64,000 nucleotides of DNA, from contig JAFGLJ010000029.1 in the NCBI GenBank assembly GCA_016928075.1, positions 4,399 through 68,398 on the forward strand. Reading direction: 5' to 3'. Below are positions 19,759-30,401 of the stretch, in pieces. The stretch comes from Bacteroidales bacterium (GTDB lineage: Bacteria > Bacteroidota > Bacteroidia > Bacteroidales > VadinHA17). Under the pieces are notes generated by a model. That model did not search any database. It was not told the DNA's origin and saw only the letters and a list, made by a program, of their open reading frames with translations. Numbering within the stretch: the stretch's first letter is position 1; each line of letters starts with the position of its first letter. Made by a program: the position numbers and the translations under genes.

Positions 19759-20646
19759 ATGAAGGCATATGTTTTCCCCGGTCAGGGAGCACAGTTCAGC
19801 GGGATGGGAAAGGACCTGTATGAATCAGATGATAAATGCAGGGAAATGTTTGATAAAGGAAATGAGATTCTTGGTTTCGATATTACTGACATAATGTTTA
19901 ACGGTTCAGAAAATGACCTGAAGCAGACAAATGTCACCCAGCCTGCAATATTTCTTCATTCCACAATACTGGTGGCTGCACTGGGCGAAAGGTTTAAGCC
20001 CGATATGGTTGCCGGTCATTCACTGGGTGAGTTTTCTGCCCTGGTGGCAAACCGCACTCTCGTGTTTGAAGACGGGCTCAGGCTTGTAGCCCAGAGAGCT
20101 CATGCCATGCAAAAAGCATGTGAGATAAGACCATCAACCATGGCTGCTATCATAGGCCTTGAGGATAACATAGTTGAGGAGGTATGCAAAAGCATTCATG
20201 AAATTGTAATACCGGCCAACTATAATTCACCTGGGCAGGTAGTTATTTCAGGATCTGTTGAAGGAGTAGACAGTGCAATCGAGATTTTAAAGCAAAAAGG
20301 TGCACGTTTGGCAGTTAAGCTGGCAGTAGGTGGAGCCTTCCACTCCCAGTTAATGGAACCGGCGAGGATTGAACTGGAACAGGCTATTAATGAGACCAGG
20401 TTTTCCGATCCTGTATGCCCTGTATACCAGAATGTAACAGGCAAACCGGTAAGCAATCCCATGCGGATCAGGGAAAACCTTGTGGCACAGCTCACTTCTC
20501 CTGTAAAATGGACACAAACTGTTCTAAACATGATAAAGGACGGTGCCGATCACTTTACCGAAGTCGGACCTGGAAATGTGCTTCAGGGACTTATTAAGAA
20601 GACTGATCAAAAAGTATCTGTAGATTCAGCCAGTAAATTCTTTTAA
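19759..20646 (+). CDS. fabD: Malonyl-CoA:ACP transacylase
   Basis: FPGQGAQ, GHSLGE, GAFHS. Confidence 0.96.
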   Translation: MKAYVFPGQGAQFSGMGKDLYESDDKCREMFDKGNEILGFDITDIMFNGSENDLKQTNVTQPAIFLHSTILVAALGERFKPDMVAGHSLGEFSALVANRTLVFEDGLRLVAQRAHAMQKACEIRPSTMAAIIGLEDNIVEEVCKSIHEIVIPANYNSPGQVVISGSVEGVDSAIEILKQKGARLAVKLAVGGAFHSQLMEPARIELEQAINETRFSDPVCPVYQNVTGKPVSNPMRIRENLVAQLTSPVKWTQTVLNMIKDGADHFTEVGPGNVLQGLIKKTDQKVSVDSASKFF

Positions 20647-23600
20647 CTATCATCTGCCAGTCTTTCATTCTCGCCGTCATTGCCTGGCTTGAGTATAATG
20701 CCCTTATGAATCCTTCCATCGATCATTATTTTAAGGGGTTTATCAAACCTGACATGCCTGATATATTCATCCTGGTAAACATGCGGGGTATTATTAAGAA
20801 AGTCCACATCATAGAAACCCTCATTTATAAATGGATTAATTGTAAAGTATCCCACCCTGAATGATGTTATGTTCTGGAAGAAGTGAGTACCCTGGCTAGG
20901 ATCAATCCGGTAATTGTGCAAGCCCGACTCAACTATTACCCTTGCCTGCGAGATATGGGGCCATTTAATTGGTATCCCCAGCCATGGATCAGTTGATCCC
21001 CAGCGCCCCGGTCCTATCAGAATATAATTTTTAGCATCCTTGATAAACCCGCTGTTGATTTTATCAAGCAGGTCTACTATTTTTTCATTGTTAGCTGGTT
21101 TAAATGAATCAGGTTTGATATAAATGAGATCATGGATGCCTCTTATCATACCATTTCCCAGGGCTGAATCAGACATAATAATTGTATCTTCTTCTTTGAC
21201 GTCTGCCAGGTTGATCTTGGTTGTCTGGTCACTTTCAACAATAGGCCTTATCTGAAGGAAATTAAAAATATTTGGCAGGCTCGACTCGGTTTCGAGGTTG
21301 GCTGCAAATTCGATCTCAATAGGATTAGCCATTTCCTTCTGCCCCAGTTCAAGCAAGAAATCAAGTACTTTTGCAAGAGGGAATGACCCATATTTCAGGA
21401 TATTATCAAATGTTATAACACGTTTCCCCTTTTGAGCTATCCCGGGTCGTATCACATTATTATGAAGATCGTATGTTGAGGCAACCTTTTTCAGTGTACT
21501 CACACTTACATCATCATTTATCTTAAGCTTCTTAATATTTACTCCATCGTCTACGGAAGGCACGAAACTGTCGGTATTCAGATCAAGGGCATAATAGATC
21601 TTTTGAGTTTCTTTCAAAGCTACTGATGGTGAATACATCTGTAATATCTTGGTAGGATATTTTGGCGAAAACCTGAGTGATATGCCTCCATCAACTATAA
21701 GTTTCCCCAGTCCCATCGCAATATTGGCTATTCCATCCTCAGCCTTTTCTGATCCTATTGGATAAAAGTTGATTGACCGTGCAACTCCTGATAAAGTAGG
21801 ATAATAAATATTACCGTGCCTTGTTCCACATACCTCCTGTATTATAATCCCCATCTTTTCCTCGTCTATTACATTGGCTGTTGCGGTCATATAGGCTTTG
21901 CTGCTCTTGTAATAAACAGAGGCATACACTTCTTTTATTGCATCCGAAAGCATCTTTACCATTACCGGGTTATCGCCCACCCTTGGAATCATATAGGTTG
22001 AATAAATACCTGCAAATGGCTGGTAATGGCTATCTTCCAGCTTACTCGAAGATCTTATGGCCAGGGGATGTGACCTTGATACTGCCAGTAATGCATAAAG
22101 GTCCTGGTAAACCCAGCCAGGCAGTTCAGCTTCTACAAATTTCTTCAGAATTTCCTCATCGGGCAGGTCACTTATTCCAACAGAGTACAGATTATTCCTT
22201 TCCATGAACTCATCGAATACATCAGTGCTCAGAACAACCGTCCGGGGTATTGTGATAAGTGTGCCCGGATATTTATTAAATAGCTTATGTTTCTTTATCA
22301 GACTGTTAATAAACGCCAGGCCCCTGGCCTTACCCCCTATAGATCCCTCGCCTATCCTGCTGAATATCTGGTACTCATCAAAGGTGTTACGGTCAAATTT
22401 TGCAATCACGCCCCTGCCTTTGCCCAATCTGAAGCTTGATATGGCCACATAGATAAACCTTCTCATTTCTTCAACAGAGTCAAAATCTTCAATCCTGATA
22501 AATTTGAAAAGCTGGGCAACCGGAAATAGTGCTCTGGCATTCAACCACTTGGAGAAATGGTTACGTTCAGCATGATAAAAAAGGGATTTATCAGGAAGGG
22601 TAAGCAGTTTTTGCTGGAAACTCTGCAGGTCGGTAGCAACACCTATTGCTTCCATGGTATCAGGATCTCTGAATACAAAAGGACCGAAGGCAAGGTTCTG
22701 TATAATAAAGTTTCTCAGTTCTATAGAAAGGTTTTTCGAATACTTATTCAGGAATCCCACTCCCAGTTCGTTAGCTATCTCCCTTGATTTAATATCAGAT
22801 GACTGAAGCAGCAATGGCATGTTACTGTCATCGTTCTTTATCAGTTTACACAGGTCAATGCCTGCGTCGGTTTTATGTTTGCCATCTTTTTTGTAAGATA
22901 TATCCGATATTATCCCGAGCACATTATATTTATATTTCTCATATAATGATATAGCATCCTCATAATTTGTGGCCAGTAATATTTTTGGCCTGCCCCTCAT
23001 TTTGAGCATTTTCTGGTGTGGATTAACAGCTTCCTGCTGAAAATCCCTTGATTGTTTAAGAATTATCCTATACAGGTTAGGCAGGTAAGTTGATACATAA
23101 CGTATTGAATCTTCCACCAGAATGATGGCTTGTACACCAACGAAATCAATATCGTACTCTGCATTCATCCTGTCTTCCAGCAATTTGATAATAGCCAGGA
23201 GCAGGCTGGCATCACCCAGCCAGCAGAAAACGTAATCGACAGCACTCAGGTCTTCCTTCCCCAATCGCAATGACACTTCCCTGGAGAAATAAGTCAGGGC
23301 AACTATAGGTATTGCCGGGCATTTCTTTTTTATCGTGCGGGCAATGGCGAAAACATCTTTCTCCCTGAAGTTGAGCATTGAAATAACAAGGTCTATCTTT
23401 TGCTCATTCAGAATTTGCATTGCTTCATCAATACTGTCCGTCTGTACAAACGAAGGGGGATACCTGAGGTTAAGTGAGACATATTCATTAAATATCTGTT
23501 CATCAATACGGCCATCTTCCTCGAGCATATAATTATCATAATTGCTGCAAATGATAAGGACCTTATGGATGCGTTTCTGCATCAATAGGTTGAAAGAAGT

Positions 23601-23651
23601 ATCACTGAAGTCATACTTCTGCAATTCCATTATTCCTTCGATTAGTGCCAT
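20643..23651 (-). CDS. Receiver-like + PEP/pyruvate-binding (PPDK_N ATP-grasp) domain protein
   Basis: IGGKARGLAF, AIRSSS..ED..FAG, IEIEFA, LQIRP; N-terminal REC-like segments; C-terminal GPGRWG...SQGTHFF. Confidence 0.8.
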   Translation of the reverse strand: MALIEGIMELQKYDFSDTSFNLLMQKRIHKVLIICSNYDNYMLEEDGRIDEQIFNEYVSLNLRYPPSFVQTDSIDEAMQILNEQKIDLVISMLNFREKDVFAIARTIKKKCPAIPIVALTYFSREVSLRLGKEDLSAVDYVFCWLGDASLLLAIIKLLEDRMNAEYDIDFVGVQAIILVEDSIRYVSTYLPNLYRIILKQSRDFQQEAVNPHQKMLKMRGRPKILLATNYEDAISLYEKYKYNVLGIISDISYKKDGKHKTDAGIDLCKLIKNDDSNMPLLLQSSDIKSREIANELGVGFLNKYSKNLSIELRNFIIQNLAFGPFVFRDPDTMEAIGVATDLQSFQQKLLTLPDKSLFYHAERNHFSKWLNARALFPVAQLFKFIRIEDFDSVEEMRRFIYVAISSFRLGKGRGVIAKFDRNTFDEYQIFSRIGEGSIGGKARGLAFINSLIKKHKLFNKYPGTLITIPRTVVLSTDVFDEFMERNNLYSVGISDLPDEEILKKFVEAELPGWVYQDLYALLAVSRSHPLAIRSSSKLEDSHYQPFAGIYSTYMIPRVGDNPVMVKMLSDAIKEVYASVYYKSSKAYMTATANVIDEEKMGIIIQEVCGTRHGNIYYPTLSGVARSINFYPIGSEKAEDGIANIAMGLGKLIVDGGISLRFSPKYPTKILQMYSPSVALKETQKIYYALDLNTDSFVPSVDDGVNIKKLKINDDVSVSTLKKVASTYDLHNNVIRPGIAQKGKRVITFDNILKYGSFPLAKVLDFLLELGQKEMANPIEIEFAANLETESSLPNIFNFLQIRPIVESDQTTKINLADVKEEDTIIMSDSALGNGMIRGIHDLIYIKPDSFKPANNEKIVDLLDKINSGFIKDAKNYILIGPGRWGSTDPWLGIPIKWPHISQARVIVESGLHNYRIDPSQGTHFFQNITSFRVGYFTINPFINEGFYDVDFLNNTPHVYQDEYIRHVRFDKPLKIMIDGRIHKGIILKPGNDGENERLADDS

Positions 23652-23652
23652 A

Positions 23653-26600
23653 TTAACTGCAATCAGTACATTCTATAATTGATATTCTTTTCTTACCGTC
23701 CATTCTGACTATAAGAGGAGAACTGAACCTTATATGCCTGAAAAATTTACCTTTGCTAAGCACTTCTCCCCTTTTGAGTTTTTCCCATTTGACAAACTCA
23801 TCTTTTAATGCCTGGTCGATAGAGAAATACCCCACATTCATTGAGGTAACATTATGGAAGAAATGAGATCCCAGGGATGCATCGAGAGGAAATTCAGGCA
23901 GGCTTACTTCCACTATAACCTGTGCCTGCGATATTTGTGGCCAGGCAACAGGCACACCAATAAACCTGTCCCTGGTACCCCATCTGCCAGGTCCTATAAG
24001 TATATATTTTTTGCCTTCCGCCAGCATTTTATCATTTATGGCTTCTATTTCTGAGGCCATTGCCTCGGTACGGGTATTATCGAATTTTTCAGGCTCGATA
24101 TATACCACATCGCTAATATTATCAACCTTACCATTACCCATACTTCTTCTTGATATGAGCAGGCATTTATCCTCATCAATTTTATCAAGGTTAATGTTAT
24201 AACCTGCCCCGCTTCCAACAAGTGGTTTTACCTGGAGCAGGTAGAAGCTGGCCTTCCCATTTTTATCGAGCTTAAGATCAACAGCATATTCAATCTCAAC
24301 CGGTGTTCCGAATGCTTCTTTTACAACATCAAGTACGGTAGCTATTGTATCGGCCAGGGGTATATAATCATACCTGAGGATATTTGCAAAATTCACCACT
24401 CGCGGGCCTGAGCTGTCTATTCCCGGCTCAATGGAATCATTATCAGGATTATACACAGAGGCACAGTGTTTCAGGGTTCCATGCCTTTCAGCGTCCGCTA
24501 TTTCAAGTTTAACAAGGCCTGCATTTTCACCTTCAAGCAGGTTTATTTTCTCTTTTTTCATGTCCACGGCATAGAAATAAACCTGGGAGTTCTTGGATAT
24601 ATCTTTCTGTGAGACGATGTCAAGTGAAGGATAGGCAGGTGAGAACCTGTATGCTTTTTCACCTTCAACAACATACTGCCCGAGACCAATAGCAGCAACA
24701 GCGAAACCTTCATCCGGTTTCATATGAGCAACGGGGTAGAAATTATATGATTGTGCTGTACCACTTATATGCGGATAAAATCCATCTTCAAACCTGTTTC
24801 CCACAACCTCCTGCAGCACAATTGCCATCTTTTCCTGCTCTATCATATAGTTGATAGCCTCAAAATAGGTACGTGCGCTTTTTGAATAAATAGAAGCAAA
24901 AACCAGTTTGATAGCATCCATAATAATTCTCAGCCTCACCTCAAAATCAGGATTATTATTCGGCAGCAGGTATGTCCCGAAGATACCTGAGAAGGGCTGG
25001 CTCATGGAATCCTCAAAAAGGCTGGACGAACGAATGGCTATTGGCCTGTCCATAAGTTTCAGAAACGACCTCAGTTTTTTCTCCAGGTTATATGATAGAT
25101 TACTGTTCAGGAACTTTCTTTTCAGTTTATCATAATCCTTTTCTTCCTTAATAACTGCTCCTAGCTTATTGGTTTCTATAAAAAGGTCGAATTCATCGGT
25201 GCCAATTATTACTGTTACAGGGCTTTTTATATTAATGCCGGGAGTCAGCTTTCCCAGTTCAAAACCGTATATCAGTGTATTTATGAATGCCAGTCCTCTC
25301 CCTTTGCCTCCCAGAGAACCGCTTGCCAGGCTTACCACGTTAGTTTCATCAATGGCAGCCGATTCCACGTAGTTTACCACTTTACCCTTATCCATCTCGC
25401 GCCGGCGTTTTGATATAAGGTCCAGAAGAAAGTTTCTCAGCTCTGCAAGGTCAGAAAAATCACTAACCTTCATGGGATTAATGATTTTGGCGATCTTGAC
25501 CTCGCCCCTGGCCATAAGCCAAAGAGAGAAGTGATTCTTCATTGCATGATATACTAGTGAATCTTCAGGTATTGTTTTAAGGTACTGCTCAAATTCATTC
25601 ATTGATTTTGCCACAGCGATCTGCCGTCCCATATTATCGCGATAGACAAAATGTCCGAACCCCAGGTAATAGTTAATAAACGATTTCAGGTCCTGGAGCA
25701 GGCTCTGTGAATTCTTATTTATAAAGTTTGACTTCAATGAATGTGCATATTTGGAATTCTCAGGATCGGATGACTGGAGTACTGTGGGGAGGTTTGGCAA
25801 TTCACTTTTAACATACTGGATAAGTTCATATCCGGCTTTGCTGTCCATCTCGTCACCTTTAGAGAATCTCATGTCTGATATTACACAGAGCATATTGTTT
25901 TTATACTTGTCGAAAATTGCCAGCGCATCTTCGTAGTTGGTTGCGAGCAGTATCTTTGGTCTGGCTCTCATTTTAAGAACCTTATACAATTCATCGGTAC
26001 TGACATCTTCAATCAGATGTTTTGTCTGTTCCATCACCAGGGTGTACAGAGTAGGCAGGTAACTGGAATAATATTCAGCCGAGTCTTCAACCAGCATAAT
26101 AACTCTTGTAAGGCCTTTCTTTGTATCATTCTCAACATTCACCCTGTCCTCAAGAAGCTTAACCATAGCAAAGAAAACCCTGGTCTCCCCGGTCCAGACA
26201 AAATAATCGTCGAACGGGAATCCTTTTGATTTTTTCTTCTTGATAATAGCCACATCCCCCGGATTACTAAGCAACAGGAAGGTAGGGATATAGGGATATT
26301 TCTGTTTAATCCTGAGGCATAGTTTCATGGGATTTTCTTTCTCAACTCCAATCATTACAATTATCAGGTCGAAATGCTTCGACTTCAATCTTTCCATTGC
26401 CTCTTCGAGACCTGAAACACCGGTAACTCTTGGCATTGATGTAAGGTTAAGTTGATGATATTCGCCAAAAATATATTCAGAAAACCTTCCCTCGCCTTCT
26501 ATTGAATAAGCATCATACAGGTTAGCAACCAGTAATATTTCCTTTACCTTAAAAGGCATCAGGTCATGGAAAATATCTCTCTCGGCGTTATACCGTTCGA

Positions 26601-27099
26601 GAAAAAGTTGCAGGAGCTGGCGTGATGATGTTCCCGGCTTTAGTTGTTCATCCATTGTAGCCGTTTCGGGTATATTCATCATTTCCCTTGCAAGTATACT
26701 GTTTATGAAACCTGTGAGCAGGCTTGCCAGGTTTTCTATAAGATCTTTTTCTTCTTCAAGGAAAGGGCCATAATCAATAGTTTCGAATTCCTTCGTATAG
26801 AATATTTCTATTGAACCCTTAGTATTATCAATTGTTTTATAGGACTGCTGGAGGACCCACTTTGTCTCCACAAAGTCAGTTGTCATGAAAACTTTGTTCC
26901 CGTATGTTATTCTTGCTACAGTAAACTCAGGATACTGCCATGCCGGAGGCAATGTATGAACAATTTTCTGCAATGTTTCATCAATTGACTTTCCTTCTTT
27001 CAGAATTGCAGTTGTACGGTTTATGCATGCCAGTTCCTTAAGGCGTTCTTTCTGATCATGCAATAATTGTTTATATCCACTATCCTGACTTTTGTCCAT
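23653..27099 (-). CDS. Paralog of the above with an extra N-terminal GAF-like sensory segment
   Basis: KERLKEL..LPPAWQYPE N-terminus; LGGKGRGLAF, AIRSSS, VEIEYA, GPGRWG...SLGSHFF. Confidence 0.8.
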   Translation of the reverse strand: MDKSQDSGYKQLLHDQKERLKELACINRTTAILKEGKSIDETLQKIVHTLPPAWQYPEFTVARITYGNKVFMTTDFVETKWVLQQSYKTIDNTKGSIEIFYTKEFETIDYGPFLEEEKDLIENLASLLTGFINSILAREMMNIPETATMDEQLKPGTSSRQLLQLFLERYNAERDIFHDLMPFKVKEILLVANLYDAYSIEGEGRFSEYIFGEYHQLNLTSMPRVTGVSGLEEAMERLKSKHFDLIIVMIGVEKENPMKLCLRIKQKYPYIPTFLLLSNPGDVAIIKKKKSKGFPFDDYFVWTGETRVFFAMVKLLEDRVNVENDTKKGLTRVIMLVEDSAEYYSSYLPTLYTLVMEQTKHLIEDVSTDELYKVLKMRARPKILLATNYEDALAIFDKYKNNMLCVISDMRFSKGDEMDSKAGYELIQYVKSELPNLPTVLQSSDPENSKYAHSLKSNFINKNSQSLLQDLKSFINYYLGFGHFVYRDNMGRQIAVAKSMNEFEQYLKTIPEDSLVYHAMKNHFSLWLMARGEVKIAKIINPMKVSDFSDLAELRNFLLDLISKRRREMDKGKVVNYVESAAIDETNVVSLASGSLGGKGRGLAFINTLIYGFELGKLTPGINIKSPVTVIIGTDEFDLFIETNKLGAVIKEEKDYDKLKRKFLNSNLSYNLEKKLRSFLKLMDRPIAIRSSSLFEDSMSQPFSGIFGTYLLPNNNPDFEVRLRIIMDAIKLVFASIYSKSARTYFEAINYMIEQEKMAIVLQEVVGNRFEDGFYPHISGTAQSYNFYPVAHMKPDEGFAVAAIGLGQYVVEGEKAYRFSPAYPSLDIVSQKDISKNSQVYFYAVDMKKEKINLLEGENAGLVKLEIADAERHGTLKHCASVYNPDNDSIEPGIDSSGPRVVNFANILRYDYIPLADTIATVLDVVKEAFGTPVEIEYAVDLKLDKNGKASFYLLQVKPLVGSGAGYNINLDKIDEDKCLLISRRSMGNGKVDNISDVVYIEPEKFDNTRTEAMASEIEAINDKMLAEGKKYILIGPGRWGTRDRFIGVPVAWPQISQAQVIVEVSLPEFPLDASLGSHFFHNVTSMNVGYFSIDQALKDEFVKWEKLKRGEVLSKGKFFRHIRFSSPLIVRMDGKKRISIIECTDCS

Positions 27100-27146
27100 A
27101 TGCCGGCAGAGATTTTAGATCTCTTAAAGATACCTCTTTATCAAAT

Positions 27147-27177
27147 AAAAAAAAAGGTGCCCTGGAGAACACCTTTT
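27147..27177 (-). terminator. Intrinsic terminator after korB
   Basis: Minus strand GGTGTTC-TCCA-GGGCACC followed by a long T run. Confidence 0.8.
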
Positions 27178-27199
27178 GATTAAATAATTGATTATTGTC

Positions 27200-28216
27200 C
27201 TATTTTGCTTCCCAGGTTGATCCACTTTTGAGGAGGTCGGCAACATTCTTTATTTTACTTATTTTCTGAATTTTAGCGATCTGGCTTTCTACTGACATAT
27301 CATACGTAGGGGCTGAAACACAACGTATAACACCAAGGGCTACAGGATAACCCGGGTATCTCATATTCGCCAGCATGGTGTGCATCCCGGGATTATTCTC
27401 TTCACAATCATGCACAAGAATATCTTTTTCAGTAATACCGTTACCCAGTTTTACTACTTTGAGTTTCAGTCCATCGAGTTTAAGACCTTTATCCCCGTTT
27501 TTGCCAAATATCATTGGTTCACCCTGTTTAAGAACAATAGTAGTTTCATCCCTTGTTTCGCGGTCGGTGAGTTCTTTATGCACTCCATCATTAAATATTA
27601 CGCAATTTTGAAGTACTTCAACCACTGATGTTCCTTCATGAAGGGCAGCCTGTTTGTATACTTCAGTTGAGAGGTGCACATTGGAATCTATGGTTCGGGC
27701 AAAAAATTTGCCTTTGGCGCCTATTACCAGTTCGCCCACTGAAAAGGGTTCCTCTACTGTACCAAATGGTGATGTTTTTGTTATGGCTCCTCTGAATGAA
27801 GTCGGAGAGTATTGCCCTTTGGTGAGGCCATATATCTGGTTATTAAAAAGTATTATATTGATATCGATATTACGTCTTACAGCATGAATGAAATGGTTCC
27901 CTCCGATAGCCATTGCATCACCATCGCCTGTTATTTGCCATACGTTTAAATCATGGTTGGCAATTTTAACTCCCGTTGCAATTGCTGAAGCACGTCCATG
28001 GATGCCGTGAAATCCGTAAGTACTGAGGTAATAAGGGAACCTTGAAGAGCAACCGATACCTGAGATAAAAGCAAATTTCTCTTTCGGGATCTTCAGCTCG
28101 GCCAGTGCTCTTATTATTGCAGCCAGTACGGCATGGTCGCCGCAACCGGGGCACCATCTTACTTCCTGGTCACTTTTAAAATCATTGGGGCTATATTCCA
28201 CTATTTCTTCGTTCAT
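27200..28216 (-). CDS. korB: 2-oxoacid:ferredoxin oxidoreductase beta subunit
   Basis: WCPGCGD, SGIGCSSR, GDGD..IGGNH, NNQIYGLTKGQ. Confidence 0.93.
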   Translation of the reverse strand: MNEEIVEYSPNDFKSDQEVRWCPGCGDHAVLAAIIRALAELKIPKEKFAFISGIGCSSRFPYYLSTYGFHGIHGRASAIATGVKIANHDLNVWQITGDGDAMAIGGNHFIHAVRRNIDINIILFNNQIYGLTKGQYSPTSFRGAITKTSPFGTVEEPFSVGELVIGAKGKFFARTIDSNVHLSTEVYKQAALHEGTSVVEVLQNCVIFNDGVHKELTDRETRDETTIVLKQGEPMIFGKNGDKGLKLDGLKLKVVKLGNGITEKDILVHDCEENNPGMHTMLANMRYPGYPVALGVIRCVSAPTYDMSVESQIAKIQKISKIKNVADLLKSGSTWEAK

Positions 28217-28219
28217 ATC

Positions 28220-30061
28220 TTATTCCTCCAGTAGCTTAACACATTGTTCTTTTATTTCTTTACACGTAAAAGGCAATCCCTGGATTTTATTTATCTGTTT
28301 GAACTTTAGTTCCTCGAATTCCATTCTCAGATATCGGATGAATTGCCCTGCATTCAGTTCAGCTACAACCAGTTTTTCAAACCCTGAAAAGACTTCAGCC
28401 GTATTGGCCGGCAGGGGATTTATATAGTTGAAATGAGCGAGGCTGACTTTCCTACCCTCTTTTCTGAGTTCCCTGACAGAAGTCAGGAGGTGGCCGTATG
28501 TTCCTCCCCAGCCTATGAGCAACATATCACCTTCATTATCACCGTATGTTTGAAGGTCAGGCACTTTAGTTACTACCCTTGCCACTTTTTCAGCCCGCAT
28601 TTTCACCATATATTCGTGATTTTCCGGTATATATGACACTGTACCTTTGACAGTTTTTTCCAGACCGCCTATCCTGTGTTCCCTGCCCCTGGTGCCCGGA
28701 ATAGCCCATCTCCTGATCAGCGTTTTAGGATCTCTTTCATAAGGAATAAATACATCATCACCTTCCTTGACCAGTGGAGGCTTTATTTCAGGCAATGAAT
28801 CCATTGATGGTATCTTCCATGGTTCTGATCCATTTGCGAGGAATCCGTCAGAGAGCAAAATAACCGGCACCATATGTTCAAGGGCTATTCTTGCGGCTTC
28901 AAATGCATATTTAAAGCAATTGGATGGTGTGCTGGCGGCCATCACCACCACCGGGCATTCACCGTTTCGCCCGTATAATGCCTGCATAAGGTCAGCCTGC
29001 TCAGTCTTGGTCGGGAGCCCGGTGGAAGGGCCTCCACGCTGAACGTTAACAATCACTATTGGGAGTTCTGTCATAACAGCCAGTCCTATAGCTTCTGACT
29101 TTAATGCCAGCCCGGGGCCTGAAGTAGTGGTAATAGCCAGGTTCCCCGCAAAGCTTGCACCCAGTGCAGTACATATACCCGCAATCTCATCTTCCGCCTG
29201 GAAGCTTTTTACACCCAGGTCTTTTCTTGCTGCAAGAGTTTCAAGTATACCTGATGCGGGGGTTATGGGATATGATCCTATAAATAATCCAAGGCCCGCC
29301 TTCTCAGCTGCGGCAAGGAAACCCCATGATAGAGCAGTATTACCATCAATAGTACGGTATAAACCCTTTTCAATACTGGCAGGACTGACTTTATATATAG
29401 GGGTCATTGCTTCAATGGTCTCGGCATAGTGATAGCCCGCCCTCAGTACTTTGGAGTTAGCTTCTATAATCTCCGGTCGCTTACTGAACTTGCTTTTAAG
29501 ATATTCCTCCGTGTATTCAAGGTCCCGTCCGAATAAGAAGTAAACCATACCAAGCGCAAACATATTCTTGGTCCGGATAACTGTCTTCGGATCCAGGCCA
29601 AGGTCTTTAAGGGTTTCCCTGACCAAAGTTGTGATAGGTGCAGAGATAATATTATACCTGTCAAGCCTGTCTTCTTCTATGGGATCTTTTTCATATCCCG
29701 CTTTCTTAATATTCTTTTCGGTAAAATTATCCTCATCAATAATGATTACACCACCATCACGGATATACTTTGAATTTGCTTTTACGGCTGCAGGGTTCAT
29801 TGCAACCAGGACATCTGCAAAATCACCGGGTGTATAGACCTCTGACTGCCCCACATGTACCTGAAAGCCTGACACTCCACCTACTGTACCCTGTGGAGCA
29901 CGTATCTCTGCAGGATAATCAGGGAAAGTTAACAGGTCGTTACCAAAAAGGGCTGAGGTATTGGAGAATAAAGTCCCGGTAAGCTGCATTCCGTCACCAG
30001 AATCCCCTGAAAAACGAATTACCACTTCTTCTCGTTCGATGACACGCTCACTCTTACTCAT
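28220..30061 (-). CDS. korA: 2-oxoacid:ferredoxin oxidoreductase alpha subunit
   Basis: GDSGDGMQLTG, YPITPA, QAEDEIA, QRGGPSTGLPTK. Confidence 0.93.
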   Translation of the reverse strand: MSKSERVIEREEVVIRFSGDSGDGMQLTGTLFSNTSALFGNDLLTFPDYPAEIRAPQGTVGGVSGFQVHVGQSEVYTPGDFADVLVAMNPAAVKANSKYIRDGGVIIIDEDNFTEKNIKKAGYEKDPIEEDRLDRYNIISAPITTLVRETLKDLGLDPKTVIRTKNMFALGMVYFLFGRDLEYTEEYLKSKFSKRPEIIEANSKVLRAGYHYAETIEAMTPIYKVSPASIEKGLYRTIDGNTALSWGFLAAAEKAGLGLFIGSYPITPASGILETLAARKDLGVKSFQAEDEIAGICTALGASFAGNLAITTTSGPGLALKSEAIGLAVMTELPIVIVNVQRGGPSTGLPTKTEQADLMQALYGRNGECPVVVMAASTPSNCFKYAFEAARIALEHMVPVILLSDGFLANGSEPWKIPSMDSLPEIKPPLVKEGDDVFIPYERDPKTLIRRWAIPGTRGREHRIGGLEKTVKGTVSYIPENHEYMVKMRAEKVARVVTKVPDLQTYGDNEGDMLLIGWGGTYGHLLTSVRELRKEGRKVSLAHFNYINPLPANTAEVFSGFEKLVVAELNAGQFIRYLRMEFEELKFKQINKIQGLPFTCKEIKEQCVKLLEE

Positions 30062-30401
30062 ATTTACGATTTATAAATTCAATTCACAAGAACGGTTCAA
30101 TAAGGTCTACAAAATAAATGCATACGAAGACTTTTGATTTTCATATGCATCGTGAAGACTTAAGTATGTCTTTACTCCTATTTTCGATACTCCAAAAAGA
30201 TTGCAGTTTCTATTACTGCAAAATTAACTAAATTCATTTGTGAAAATTCAATATTTACTCTTTTTTTAAACATGATTTTGGTCATGTATTTTATTTTTAA
30301 CCACGAGTGTAGCAAGAATCAAACCCGTTACCAAGGTATCAGGCTGCCAGATCATGGCCAGGAGATCCCTGTTCCGGGGAGATACCTGCTTTAGCAGGGA
30401 T

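Noticed and set aside
20643-27099. Functional PEP synthase / pyruvate phosphate dikinase
   Set aside because: No C-terminal pyruvate-binding barrel in either protein
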